Source: a virus (lineage: Duplodnaviria > Caudoviricetes). Taken from it: a DNA stretch of 32,186 bases. Shown here one piece after another: positions 23,369 through 32,186 of this stretch. The stretch lies in IMG/VR virus record IMGVR_UViG_3300017780_000850, positions 1-32,186 of that record. One strand, given 5' to 3'. Under the pieces are notes generated by a model that worked only from the letters and a program-made list of their open reading frames with translations, was not told where the DNA came from and ran no database searches. Within the stretch, counting starts at the first letter, position 1. Every line of letters starts with the position of its first letter. A program made the translations under genes and the position numbers.

Positions 23369-24274
23369 ATGTCATTAACAATGCTTCAACTAATGCAAGA
23401 CACCTCTAACGAGCTTGGATTAGTAGCACCTACTTATGTTGCTGGTAACACCAATCAAGATGTGATTCAGCTATTGTCTTTGATGAACCGTCAAGGCTAT
23501 AACCTAACAAAAGAGTACGACTGGCGAGCATTACAAAGAGAATACCGTTTTTACACGCAATCTGTTAGCACAACAGGCGATGTATTAGATGGTTCTTATG
23601 ACATTCTAAATGTGGCCAATACCACAGGCATCGTGCCTAATAAATGGATGGTTACAGGCACTGGCATTCCTCAAGACTGCTATGTGGTAGCCGTAAGTGG
23701 TTCAACTGTTACCCTAAATCAGCCAGCACAAGAAACTGCTGTTGGTACTACGCTTACCTTTGGTCAGACACAGTACGATTTACCGCCTGACTACGAAACA
23801 ATCACAGACCGCACTCAATGGGATAAGACCAAGCACTGGGAAATGTTAGGCCCTGAAGATGCTCAACAATGGCAATGGCTTAAATCAGGTTATATCTCAA
23901 CAGGCCCGCGAGTTCGTTGGAGAATATTAGGTCAGTATTTCAATATTTGGCCAATGATGAACACCCAAGAGTATTTGGGCTACGAGTATCGCTCTAAAGG
24001 CTGGGCTGAAAGCTCAACAGGCGCAGTAAAAAACAGCTTTACAGCTGATACAGATACGACCATATTTGATGACCAAATTATGATTCTAGGCACAAAGCTT
24101 AGATATTGGCAGATTAAAGGCTTTGATACCACTTCATTGCAACAAGAATATGACCGCTATTTGAATGTGGCCAAAGCTAACGACAAAGGCGCACCTAACT
24201 TATCATTCGCACCTTACCCATCTAAGGTTCTTATCGGTTACGCAAACATCCCTGACACTGGCTACGGAAGTTAA
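23369..24274 (+). CDS. Head-tail adaptor (podovirus type)
   Basis: Helical N- and C-termini, YDLPPDY motif, inserted beta domain; position before the nozzle. Confidence 0.65.
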   Translation: MSLTMLQLMQDTSNELGLVAPTYVAGNTNQDVIQLLSLMNRQGYNLTKEYDWRALQREYRFYTQSVSTTGDVLDGSYDILNVANTTGIVPNKWMVTGTGIPQDCYVVAVSGSTVTLNQPAQETAVGTTLTFGQTQYDLPPDYETITDRTQWDKTKHWEMLGPEDAQQWQWLKSGYISTGPRVRWRILGQYFNIWPMMNTQEYLGYEYRSKGWAESSTGAVKNSFTADTDTTIFDDQIMILGTKLRYWQIKGFDTTSLQQEYDRYLNVAKANDKGAPNLSFAPYPSKVLIGYANIPDTGYGS

Positions 24275-24276
24275 TT

Positions 24277-26049
24277 ATGGCTTTCCCACAAAGACGAGTT
24301 GCTAGAACGGCAAGTTTGCCCTCACCTATTGGTGGCTGGAATGCTAGAGATTCCTTAGCTGAAATGAACGCTATTGATGCGGTGGAGATGGTTAATTTCT
24401 TCCCTACTCCTACCGACATCTTGATGCGTAAAGGCTACAGTCAGCATTCAGGTGGCATAACTGGCTCAGTTGATACTTTGATGAACTATGCTGGCGCAAC
24501 ATCGCAGACTTTGTTTGCAGTTGCTAACGGTGTTATCTACAATACCGCCACTTCTACAGCCACTTCTGTATATACAGGCTTATCCAACAGCAGATGGCAA
24601 CACGCTAACTTTGCCAATAGTGCTGGCGATGCGTTTTTATCAGCAGTGAACGGTCAAGACCCAGCTTTACTATATAACGGCACATCTTGGATTAAAACGG
24701 CTGCCACAAGCACAGCGCAAACAATTAGTACCATCACTAGGGGTGGCACAGGAAACCTAACAGCGACCCTAACAACGGCCTCTGCTCATGGATTGGTGAC
24801 TGGCAATCAGGTAACTATCTCAGGTGCTACAGAATCTAACTACAACGGCACTTATTTAATCACGGTAACTAATAGCACGACATTTACCTATGTAATGGCC
24901 ACAGCCCCAGCTGCCGATGCAAGCGTTGTTGGTTCTTATACCGTTAATTTTGGCATTACAGGCGTAAATTCAAACACTTTCATCAATATCAATGTGTTCA
25001 AAGAGCGACTTTTTTATGTAGAAAAGAACTCAATGAATGTTTGGTATTTAGGCACTAAAGCCGTATCAGGTGCTGCAAGCAAGCTAGACTTTGGTTCTGT
25101 TGCAAAAATGGGTGGATACATCCAAGCAATGGGTACTTGGACTATTGATGCTGGTCAAGGTGTTGATGATTACGCAGTTTTTGTAACTAACATGGGCGAA
25201 GTCATCGTTTATGAAGGTACAGACCCAAGCGATGTAACAAAATGGGCTTTAAGAGGTGTTTGGCAACTAGGTCAAGCTTTTACAAGACGATGCTTTACTA
25301 AGTTTGGCGGTGATTTACTGCTAATTACTCAAGAAGGTCTTGTGCCATTGGCTTCTGCCTTACAGTCTAGCCGTTTAGACCCACGAGTAAACCTTACAGA
25401 CAAGATTTATGGTGCTTTTGCAAACGCAACTAGCTTGTACAGCACTAATTTTGGCTGGGAAATCCAATACTTCCCTAAAGCCAACATGTTGATTGTGAAC
25501 ATTCCTACAAATACAGGCTTTGAGCAGTATGTAATGAACAACATTACAAAATCATGGGCTAGATTTACTGGGGTTCAAGCAACAAACTTTGAAATTCACA
25601 ACGAAAACATCTATTTTGGCTCAAACGGTTTTGTTGGTAAGTTTTGGGATACTTTTGCCGATAACGGTAATGTGATTACGGCCACAGTTCAACAAGCTTA
25701 CAACTACTTTGATAGCCGTGGTCAAAACAAGCGTTTTACCCTTGTAAGACCTATTTTCTTGACCGATAACGGCTTGCCAAGCGTATTTTGTGCCATTAAC
25801 ACCGATTTTGATACTCAATCTCAATTGGGTCAGGTTTCATTTAACCCAACAGCTTTGACTATTGGTATATGGGATGTAGCCACTTGGGATAATAACTTTT
25901 GGGGCGGCACTTTAACGGTCAATAAAGACTGGCAAGGCGTATCAGGCATTGGTTACTGTGCAAGTATTTCACTGAATGTGGCATCAAAAGGCATTGAAGT
26001 TCACTGGGCATCAACAGACTTTGTAATGGAAGCTGGTGGCGTTATTTGA
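24277..26049 (+). CDS. Tail nozzle / P22 gp10-like protein
   Basis: PIGGWNARD start, beta-propeller-like pattern; inserted HGLVTGNQVTISG...NGTY...TTFTY domain. Confidence 0.7.
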   Translation: MAFPQRRVARTASLPSPIGGWNARDSLAEMNAIDAVEMVNFFPTPTDILMRKGYSQHSGGITGSVDTLMNYAGATSQTLFAVANGVIYNTATSTATSVYTGLSNSRWQHANFANSAGDAFLSAVNGQDPALLYNGTSWIKTAATSTAQTISTITRGGTGNLTATLTTASAHGLVTGNQVTISGATESNYNGTYLITVTNSTTFTYVMATAPAADASVVGSYTVNFGITGVNSNTFININVFKERLFYVEKNSMNVWYLGTKAVSGAASKLDFGSVAKMGGYIQAMGTWTIDAGQGVDDYAVFVTNMGEVIVYEGTDPSDVTKWALRGVWQLGQAFTRRCFTKFGGDLLLITQEGLVPLASALQSSRLDPRVNLTDKIYGAFANATSLYSTNFGWEIQYFPKANMLIVNIPTNTGFEQYVMNNITKSWARFTGVQATNFEIHNENIYFGSNGFVGKFWDTFADNGNVITATVQQAYNYFDSRGQNKRFTLVRPIFLTDNGLPSVFCAINTDFDTQSQLGQVSFNPTALTIGIWDVATWDNNFWGGTLTVNKDWQGVSGIGYCASISLNVASKGIEVHWASTDFVMEAGGVI

Positions 26050-26486
26050 GGACTGTTGTTACCGATAATCAACAATATATGCGAGATTGGCTTACTCGCA
26101 TACTTTGTCAAAAGTTTCCTGAAGATGCTCAGTTTATAGGGCAAGAAAAAGACGGGAACTTGGTTGCGGTAATAGCGTATTGCAATTTTGTCAATGGTTC
26201 TTGTGCTATGCACATAGGTACAGTTGGTGAAAATTGGATGGATAAAAATTTATTATGGGCTTGCTTTGATTACCCCTTTAACAAATTGGAAAAAAAGGTT
26301 ATATTAGCGACTATGGATGCTTCAAATGAAGAAGCCATAAAACTAAACCGACACCTTGGTTTCCAAGATAAAGCGTTAATTGAAGATGCCCATGAAAATG
26401 GTGATTTACTTTTAATGACGATGAGAAAAGAAGATTGCAAATGGCTAAATCTTCAATGCTCATTAAGGAAACGAATAGGAGATTGA
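26046..26486 (+). CDS. GNAT-fold protein (P22 gp14/T7 gp13 position)
   Basis: FDYPFNKL and NEEAIKLNRHLGF GNAT motif. Confidence 0.78.
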   Translation: MRTVVTDNQQYMRDWLTRILCQKFPEDAQFIGQEKDGNLVAVIAYCNFVNGSCAMHIGTVGENWMDKNLLWACFDYPFNKLEKKVILATMDASNEEAIKLNRHLGFQDKALIEDAHENGDLLLMTMRKEDCKWLNLQCSLRKRIGD

Positions 26487-26487
26487 A

Positions 26488-27426
26488 ATGGGTGGTTTAG
26501 GACTAATAGGTGGAACTGGTAACTTGGTGCAATCACCAGCTTATCAAGATGCTTTTAAGCAAAGCGATAATCCATACATTCAATCAGCGCAACAAACAGC
26601 GATGGGCAATATTGCTGGTGCGCAATCTGCTACGCAAGCTAACCGTATAAATCAATCAACACCTTACGGAAACTTACAATACACTCAAACAGGCACAGAC
26701 CAGTTTGGCAATCCTATTTGGTCAGCTAATCAAAATCTAGCTCCACAATTTCAAGGTGCGTTGGGCAATTTATCTAACCAACTAGCATCACAAACATCAA
26801 CTCCATTCAATGCAAGCCAATTTGCCCCACAAACAAAGGTAGAAGGCTCAGGAAAGGAAGGCTGGGATAAAGCCACTGGCTTGGTAATGCAACGCCTAGC
26901 ACCACAATTGGAAAGACAGCAGAAGTCTTTGGATACGCAATTAGCTAATCAAGGCATCATGCGTGGCTCTGAAGCTTATATGCAAGCTCAACAAGATTTG
27001 GGTCAAAGACAAAATGATTTGATGAACCAAGCTGCCTTAGCTGGTCAGCAAGTTCAACAGAACTTATACACACAAAACTTGCAAGGTGCAGCTTTAGGTA
27101 ATCAAGCTCAAGCTCAAGCCTATAACCAAGCTTTGGGTGGTTACAACTTACCATTGGCTCAGTTGGGTGCGTTTAGAACTGCTACTGCCCCAACTTACAT
27201 TAATCCTTACCAACAAGCTGCCGTTGCTGGCCCTGATATTTTAGGTGCTTACACATCTAGCGAAGCGGCTAAGATTGCCCAGCAAAACGCTGATGCTGCT
27301 GAAAAATCTGCATTAACAGGTGGTTTATTTCAGTTAGGCGGTAGTGCGCTAAGTAATCCTAATACAGTATCAAGCATTTCAAAAGGGCTTGGTAGCTTGT
27401 ATGACACGGTAACAGGTTGGTTCTAA
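26488..27426 (+). CDS. Internal virion / DNA ejection protein
   Basis: Q/A/G-rich; NRINQSTPYG and LANQGIMRGSEAY. Confidence 0.65.
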   Translation: MGGLGLIGGTGNLVQSPAYQDAFKQSDNPYIQSAQQTAMGNIAGAQSATQANRINQSTPYGNLQYTQTGTDQFGNPIWSANQNLAPQFQGALGNLSNQLASQTSTPFNASQFAPQTKVEGSGKEGWDKATGLVMQRLAPQLERQQKSLDTQLANQGIMRGSEAYMQAQQDLGQRQNDLMNQAALAGQQVQQNLYTQNLQGAALGNQAQAQAYNQALGGYNLPLAQLGAFRTATAPTYINPYQQAAVAGPDILGAYTSSEAAKIAQQNADAAEKSALTGGLFQLGGSALSNPNTVSSISKGLGSLYDTVTGWF

Positions 27427-27427
27427 C

Positions 27428-27793
27428 ATGAAGCCAAGTCAAATTATTGCCGTAACAGCCAAAAAGCGTGGCAATGACATTCAAACAGAAGTAGATTTTG
27501 TTAAAAAATCTATGGAAGCTGGTGGCGTGATGTTGCGTGAAGGCAATACTTTGCTTTTGTTGATTCCTATTGCTGAAGGTGTTGCTGAGTTTCAGTTATA
27601 TACAAATGATGCGCCTTTGCAGTTATACAAGGCGATGATTGCATTTTGGAAAAAGCTTACTTCTTCTGATATACAAAAGTTATACACAGACATTGGTAAT
27701 CAAGAGTTTATTCAATTAGCACAGCAGTCAGATTGGAATGTTCAACCTTCAGATGATGAAAATTACAGCACTATGGTGTTGGTGAAAGGTTAA
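27428..27793 (+). CDS. Hypothetical protein, degenerate GNAT-like
   Basis: AEFQLY...KLYTDIGNQEFIQLAQQSDW parallels the 26046 protein. Confidence 0.5.
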   Translation: MKPSQIIAVTAKKRGNDIQTEVDFVKKSMEAGGVMLREGNTLLLLIPIAEGVAEFQLYTNDAPLQLYKAMIAFWKKLTSSDIQKLYTDIGNQEFIQLAQQSDWNVQPSDDENYSTMVLVKG

Positions 27794-27795
27794 TC

Positions 27796-28635
27796 ATGGG
27801 ATTTTTTAGTGGCATAGTTAATGCTGTTAGTGACTTTGTTGGCGGTGCTGTAGACATCGTTGATGATGCCGTTGATTGGGTAGATGACACAGTACAAGAT
27901 GCTGGTCATTGGATTGATGACAAAGTAAACGATGAAATTCCAGGGGGTTGGGGTACGGTTGCCGCAGTCACGGGGGCGGCTTATTTTGGTATGCCCACAG
28001 AATTTGGATTTGGTGAAGCAGCTGCTGGAGAAGCCGCTAGCTCAAGCCCTTGGTTATTAGGTGGCTCAGAAGCTGCAAGCCCTTGGGGAATCTCAACGAC
28101 TGGCGGTGAATTTGGTGTATTTAATCCATCAACAATTGGTGGATTTGGTATTGATACTGCTTCTTTAGGTGGTATGGAGTGGCTTGGTGGTGCTGGCTCA
28201 TTAGCTGCTGGAACTGCTGGATTAACTGCTTCTCAGCTTGCTAACGCTGCAATGGCTGGTCAATATGGCTCAAACGCTGCTAGTGGTTTAGGTTATTTGG
28301 GTGGCGCAAGTTCATTGCCAAGCGGAACTGCTGGTATTCAAGGTGTTTCATCAACACCTATTTGGGATAAAGTTAAAAAGGTTGGAGAATCATTCCTAGA
28401 TGGCCAACAACAGCAACAAGGTAGCAATACAGGCATGTTGTTAGCTAGAGGTTTGGGCGGTTCACAACAAGACATTCCGCTTTCATACAACATGAACCAA
28501 AACCCATTCCAGTTCACTACGCAGCTGCCTATTCAAACGCAAGCAACGCCTGAAACTGATTTATCTAAGAAAACAGAGTCATTAGACTTTAATAAAATAA
28601 ACCAAAATTTAGCTTCTTTGTTAAGGAATCAATAA
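27796..28635 (+). CDS. Gly-rich internal virion / ejection protein
   Basis: MGFFSGIVNAV amphipathic acidic start; G/A-rich hydrophobic segments. Confidence 0.6.
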   Translation: MGFFSGIVNAVSDFVGGAVDIVDDAVDWVDDTVQDAGHWIDDKVNDEIPGGWGTVAAVTGAAYFGMPTEFGFGEAAAGEAASSSPWLLGGSEAASPWGISTTGGEFGVFNPSTIGGFGIDTASLGGMEWLGGAGSLAAGTAGLTASQLANAAMAGQYGSNAASGLGYLGGASSLPSGTAGIQGVSSTPIWDKVKKVGESFLDGQQQQQGSNTGMLLARGLGGSQQDIPLSYNMNQNPFQFTTQLPIQTQATPETDLSKKTESLDFNKINQNLASLLRNQ

Positions 28636-28636
28636 C

Positions 28637-29869
28637 ATGGCTCAATCACCATTTATAACCGACCCAACTAATCCAGCTAATTCTGAGATTTTGGGGTTAG
28701 AACGCCAAAGAAAACTTGCAGAGATGCTTCAACAGCGTGGTATGAAAACGCCTGAAGGTCAAATGGTCAGTGGTCGTTATGTTGCGCCATCTTGGACTCA
28801 GTATTTGGCTAATGCTTTTGATGTTTACAGTGGTTCACAAGGCCAAAGAGATGTTGAGCAAAAGCAAGCTGACCTTGCACAAATGCTACGCAAAAAATCA
28901 GGCGAAGATGTCATTAAGTACAACGAACTTATGTATGGTTCACCTGAGCAAGCAACTTACGGTGCTGGCATGGAAGGCCCAACCAAACAAGTCACTGCGC
29001 CTGAAGTTTCTGCTGACCCATCTAAAGCTTTCCAATTTGCTTTATCTTCTACAAGCCCAGTTCTTAATCAAATGGCTGTTGAACAACTCAAACCTAAAAC
29101 CTTTAAAGAAGGTGAAATTGAGATGGTATTCAACCCAAGAACAGGCAAAAGAGAGCAAGTTGCACAAGGCGGTACTAAGCTTCCAGCTGATATTCAAGGA
29201 GCTACTATTTTCTTAGGCTTACAAAATAAAGACCCAAACACATGGACTCCGCAAGAAAGATTGGCTGTTGAAAACAAAGCTAAAGAATTTAGACAGTCAG
29301 GTGCTATGAATACAGGTCAAAAAGGCCTAGATAACACATTAAAATTGCGTGGCGATTTCCGCAGTGAACCTGTTTACAAAGATTTCCAAGCTATTGATAG
29401 TGCTTATCGTCAAATTAACAAAGGTTTGGATGCTGGCAATGCTGCTGGTGACTTAGCGGCATCAACTAAACTTATGAAGTTGTTAGACCCAACATCTGTT
29501 GTTCGTGAGTCTGAGTTGGTAATGGCTATGCAAGCAACTGGCAAGTTAGACCAGCTTTATAACTACGCCAACAAGATTGCAACTGGTCAATTCTTAAGCC
29601 CAACACAAAAAGAACAATTCAGAGGTTTAGCAAAAGAGTTTTACAACTCTGCTGGTGAGCAATACAATTTGAAGCGTAAAGAGTATGCTGATATTGCACA
29701 GCGCAATGAATTAAATGTTCCCGATGTTGTTGGTGCAGAAGTTAGAATGCAACCTACATCAGGAGCAAAAAAAGCCCCACCGCCACCAAAAATAAATGAA
29801 GTAGTTGATGGTTATAGGTTTAAAGGTGGAAACCCAGCAGACCCTAAAAACTATGAAAAGGTGAACTAA
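28637..29869 (+). CDS. Internal virion / ejection protein
   Basis: GQMVSGRYVAPS, KLLDPTSVVRESE, C-terminal GYRFKGGNPADPKNYE. Confidence 0.65.
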   Translation: MAQSPFITDPTNPANSEILGLERQRKLAEMLQQRGMKTPEGQMVSGRYVAPSWTQYLANAFDVYSGSQGQRDVEQKQADLAQMLRKKSGEDVIKYNELMYGSPEQATYGAGMEGPTKQVTAPEVSADPSKAFQFALSSTSPVLNQMAVEQLKPKTFKEGEIEMVFNPRTGKREQVAQGGTKLPADIQGATIFLGLQNKDPNTWTPQERLAVENKAKEFRQSGAMNTGQKGLDNTLKLRGDFRSEPVYKDFQAIDSAYRQINKGLDAGNAAGDLAASTKLMKLLDPTSVVRESELVMAMQATGKLDQLYNYANKIATGQFLSPTQKEQFRGLAKEFYNSAGEQYNLKRKEYADIAQRNELNVPDVVGAEVRMQPTSGAKKAPPPPKINEVVDGYRFKGGNPADPKNYEKVN

Positions 29870-31473
29870 TGGCTGCTCCTTGGGAAAAATATCAAGCAAC
29901 CCCTGAAGCTTCTGCTCCTTGGGAAAAATATGGTCAAGTTCAACCAACTGATGTTGCAGAACAACAATTTGGTGAAACTGGTGGTGGTGCTGCTACTGGC
30001 AGACCGATGCGCAATGTTCAGCTTAATGTTCAAGCCCAACCACGCCCATTAGAGGCCGTTGGTGCTGGCGCAGTTAAATCTATGTTTGTAGACCCTGTAT
30101 TGGGTACTGCCAAGCTATTGTCAGGCGGTAATGTGGGTCAAGAAGCATCACAGAGATACGCAGAAGAAGCAAAACCATACAAAGAAGCATCACCTATTGG
30201 TTATGGTATTGGTCAATTTGGCGGTTCAATTGCTCCAGCTTCTATGATTATGAAGGGCTCTTCCATGATTCCTTCGTTTGCCAACTCACAATTAGCTCAA
30301 AATGTGCTAACTGGTACAACTATGGGGCTATTAACCCCACAGGAAACAGGAAAAACAGGGGTTGATTTTTACAAGCAACAAGCCAAAGAAGGTCTTATTG
30401 GTGCTGGTGCTGGTTTTATCCCTACTGCTGCTGAAAAGCTTGGTTTTGCATTAAGAGGTAAGCCACAAACCCCTGAAATGACTGCTGCTATTGATAAGGC
30501 TAGAGCATTGGGTTATGTAATCCCACCGACTCAAGCTAATCCTAATCTTATTAATAAAACCGTTGAAGGTATTTCAGGTAAAGCTGCAACAGCGCAAAAC
30601 GCAAGTGCTAGAAACCAAGCTATCACTAATGAATTAACGGCACAATCTTTGGGATTGCCAAAAGACACAGTTATTACTAGAGATGTTTTAGAAGGTATTA
30701 GGAAAACTGCTGGTACAGCATACGAAAACCTAAACTTGTCAGGAACAATTAAGACAAGCTCTAAATATAACCAAGCTTTAGATGATATTGCTAAAGATGC
30801 CGTTAAAGCGCAACAAGGCTTTCCAAACGCCAAGCCTAGCGAAGTTATTGACCTAGTTAATTCATTAAAATCACCTACTTTTGATGTTGGTGCTGCAACT
30901 TCTAAGATTAATTTGCTTAGAGATGATGCAGATAAAGCATTTAGACAAGGCGATACTGCCTTGGGTAGAGCAAATAGAAAAGCTGCTGAAGTTCTTGAGA
31001 ACACAATTGAGGCTCATCTTGGAAACACCAAGCAAACAGACTTATTGGATAAGTTTAGAGATGCTCGCCAATTAATTGCTAAAACTTACTCTGTAGAAAA
31101 AGCCGCCAATACGGTTACAGGCACGATTGATGCTAAAAAACTAGCTACTCAACTAGCCAAAGGTAAACCTTTAAGCGGTGAACTTAAAGATGTTGCTGAG
31201 TTTAGTGCTAGATTCCCTAAAGCAACGCAAACAACTGAATCTATGGGTAGCTTGCCACAATTTAGCCCATTAGATTACATGGCTGGCGTAGGTGGTTCAC
31301 TTGCAACGCAAAACCCAGCATTATTAGGGGCGGCCGCTGGTAGACCATTACTAAGAGAAGCTGCTTTATCTAGCCCAATTCAGAACAGATTGGCCCAAAG
31401 AACACCAAGACCAACTTCAGAGTTAGCTAGACTGCTCATGTTGCAACCAGCAAATCAATTAATAGGAGAATAA
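29869..31473 (+). CDS. Internal virion / DNA transfer protein
   Basis: Tandem APWEKY at the N-terminus; helical A/G-rich; last gene before the fibre. Confidence 0.65.
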   Translation: MAAPWEKYQATPEASAPWEKYGQVQPTDVAEQQFGETGGGAATGRPMRNVQLNVQAQPRPLEAVGAGAVKSMFVDPVLGTAKLLSGGNVGQEASQRYAEEAKPYKEASPIGYGIGQFGGSIAPASMIMKGSSMIPSFANSQLAQNVLTGTTMGLLTPQETGKTGVDFYKQQAKEGLIGAGAGFIPTAAEKLGFALRGKPQTPEMTAAIDKARALGYVIPPTQANPNLINKTVEGISGKAATAQNASARNQAITNELTAQSLGLPKDTVITRDVLEGIRKTAGTAYENLNLSGTIKTSSKYNQALDDIAKDAVKAQQGFPNAKPSEVIDLVNSLKSPTFDVGAATSKINLLRDDADKAFRQGDTALGRANRKAAEVLENTIEAHLGNTKQTDLLDKFRDARQLIAKTYSVEKAANTVTGTIDAKKLATQLAKGKPLSGELKDVAEFSARFPKATQTTESMGSLPQFSPLDYMAGVGGSLATQNPALLGAAAGRPLLREAALSSPIQNRLAQRTPRPTSELARLLMLQPANQLIGE

Positions 31474-31476
31474 AGT

Positions 31477-32186
31477 ATGTCACGCAACGGTTCAGGAGTA
31501 TATTCATTACCAGCTGGCAACCCAGTTGTCACAGGTACAACCATTTCATCATCTTGGGCGAATACAACCCTAAGTGATATTGCAACGGCTCTTACAGGCT
31601 CAGTAGCTGCTGACGGTCAAACAGCTATGACTGGCAACTTGCAGATGGGTAACAACAAGGTTACTGGTTTGGCAAATGGCTCATCCTCTACAGATGCTGC
31701 TGCTTACGGGCAATTAACTGGTGGTACAGTACCAGCAAGTTTTACAACTCTTACTTTATCTAGCACATTAACGCTGAATGGCGGTACAGCTAACCAAGTA
31801 TTGTATTTAAACGGCTCTAAAGCAGTTAGCGGTGATGCTGACATGACTTTTGATGGCACTAACTTAACTTTAGCTAATGGTGCTTCTATCCAAGGCTTAA
31901 CAGTAGGTAGAGGTGCTGGTGCTATCGCCAGTAATACTGCGGTTGGCGGTAGTGCTTTACCAGCCAACACAAGCGGTACAAGTAATGTGGCACTTGGTTC
32001 TTCTGCATTAAGATTTAATACTACTGGGGGCGGAAACTCTGCTCTAGGTAGAGAATCTATGTACAGCAACACTACAGGCAATAATAATACTGTTGCTGGT
32101 AATAATGCAATGTTCTCTAACACCACTGGAAGTGCAAATACTGGCATTGGTGTACAAGCACTTAACTTTAACACCACAGCATCTAA
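31477..32186 (+). CDS. Tail fibre protein (partial, runs off the window; not in ORF track)
   Basis: AGGAG SD; MSRNGSGVYSLPAGNPVVTGTTISSSWAN anchor, then 14-aa repeats of type NTAVGxxAxxxNTTG; no stop codon. Confidence 0.88.
   Translation, partial: MSRNGSGVYSLPAGNPVVTGTTISSSWANTTLSDIATALTGSVAADGQTAMTGNLQMGNNKVTGLANGSSSTDAAAYGQLTGGTVPASFTTLTLSSTLTLNGGTANQVLYLNGSKAVSGDADMTFDGTNLTLANGASIQGLTVGRGAGAIASNTAVGGSALPANTSGTSNVALGSSALRFNTTGGGNSALGRESMYSNTTGNNNTVAGNNAMFSNTTGSANTGIGVQALNFNTTAS

Noticed and set aside
31704-32177. 157-aa minus-strand ORF
   Set aside because: Antisense shadow of the repetitive tail fibre gene.
1-32186. DGR, retron, integrase, polymerase or alternative genetic code
   Set aside because: No RT, recombinase or polymerase motifs; genes read through intact in the standard code.

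Overview
This window is a near-complete, circularly permuted genome of a small tailed dsDNA phage with podovirus-like (P22/T7-type ejection-protein) architecture. It opens just downstream of the tail fibre and ends inside it, so the missing part is probably only the distal fibre region. Gene order: (1) lysis module, 1-2075, with three membrane proteins including a T4 T-like holin candidate, plus a peptidase M15 endolysin; (2) leftward early region, 2061-6445, with small membrane peptides, tRNA-Asn, a PD-(D/E)XK nuclease, an SSB-like protein, a secreted 4-Cys peptide and a structured RNA candidate; (3) divergent sigma70 promoters and a Cro-like gene, with no CI or integrase; (4) c4-like RNA, replication initiator with an internal origin candidate, Ref-like nuclease and RusA; (5) ferritin-like gene, small basic proteins, HNH nuclease and ParB-methyltransferase; (6) terminase, portal, fibre-like genes, a GT9 glycosyltransferase lacking a canonical start for its N-terminal part, scaffold and capsid; (7) tail adaptor and nozzle, two GNAT-like/ejection-protein pairs and the tail fibre. 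The most interesting candidates are virion glycosylation, GNAT/Gly2 ejection-protein pairing, a recurrent AAA/GAGUA RNA motif, a T-like holin with a secreted Cys peptide, and a 29-bp repeat-bounded gene cassette. All family calls come from motif recognition by eye; no database search was run.
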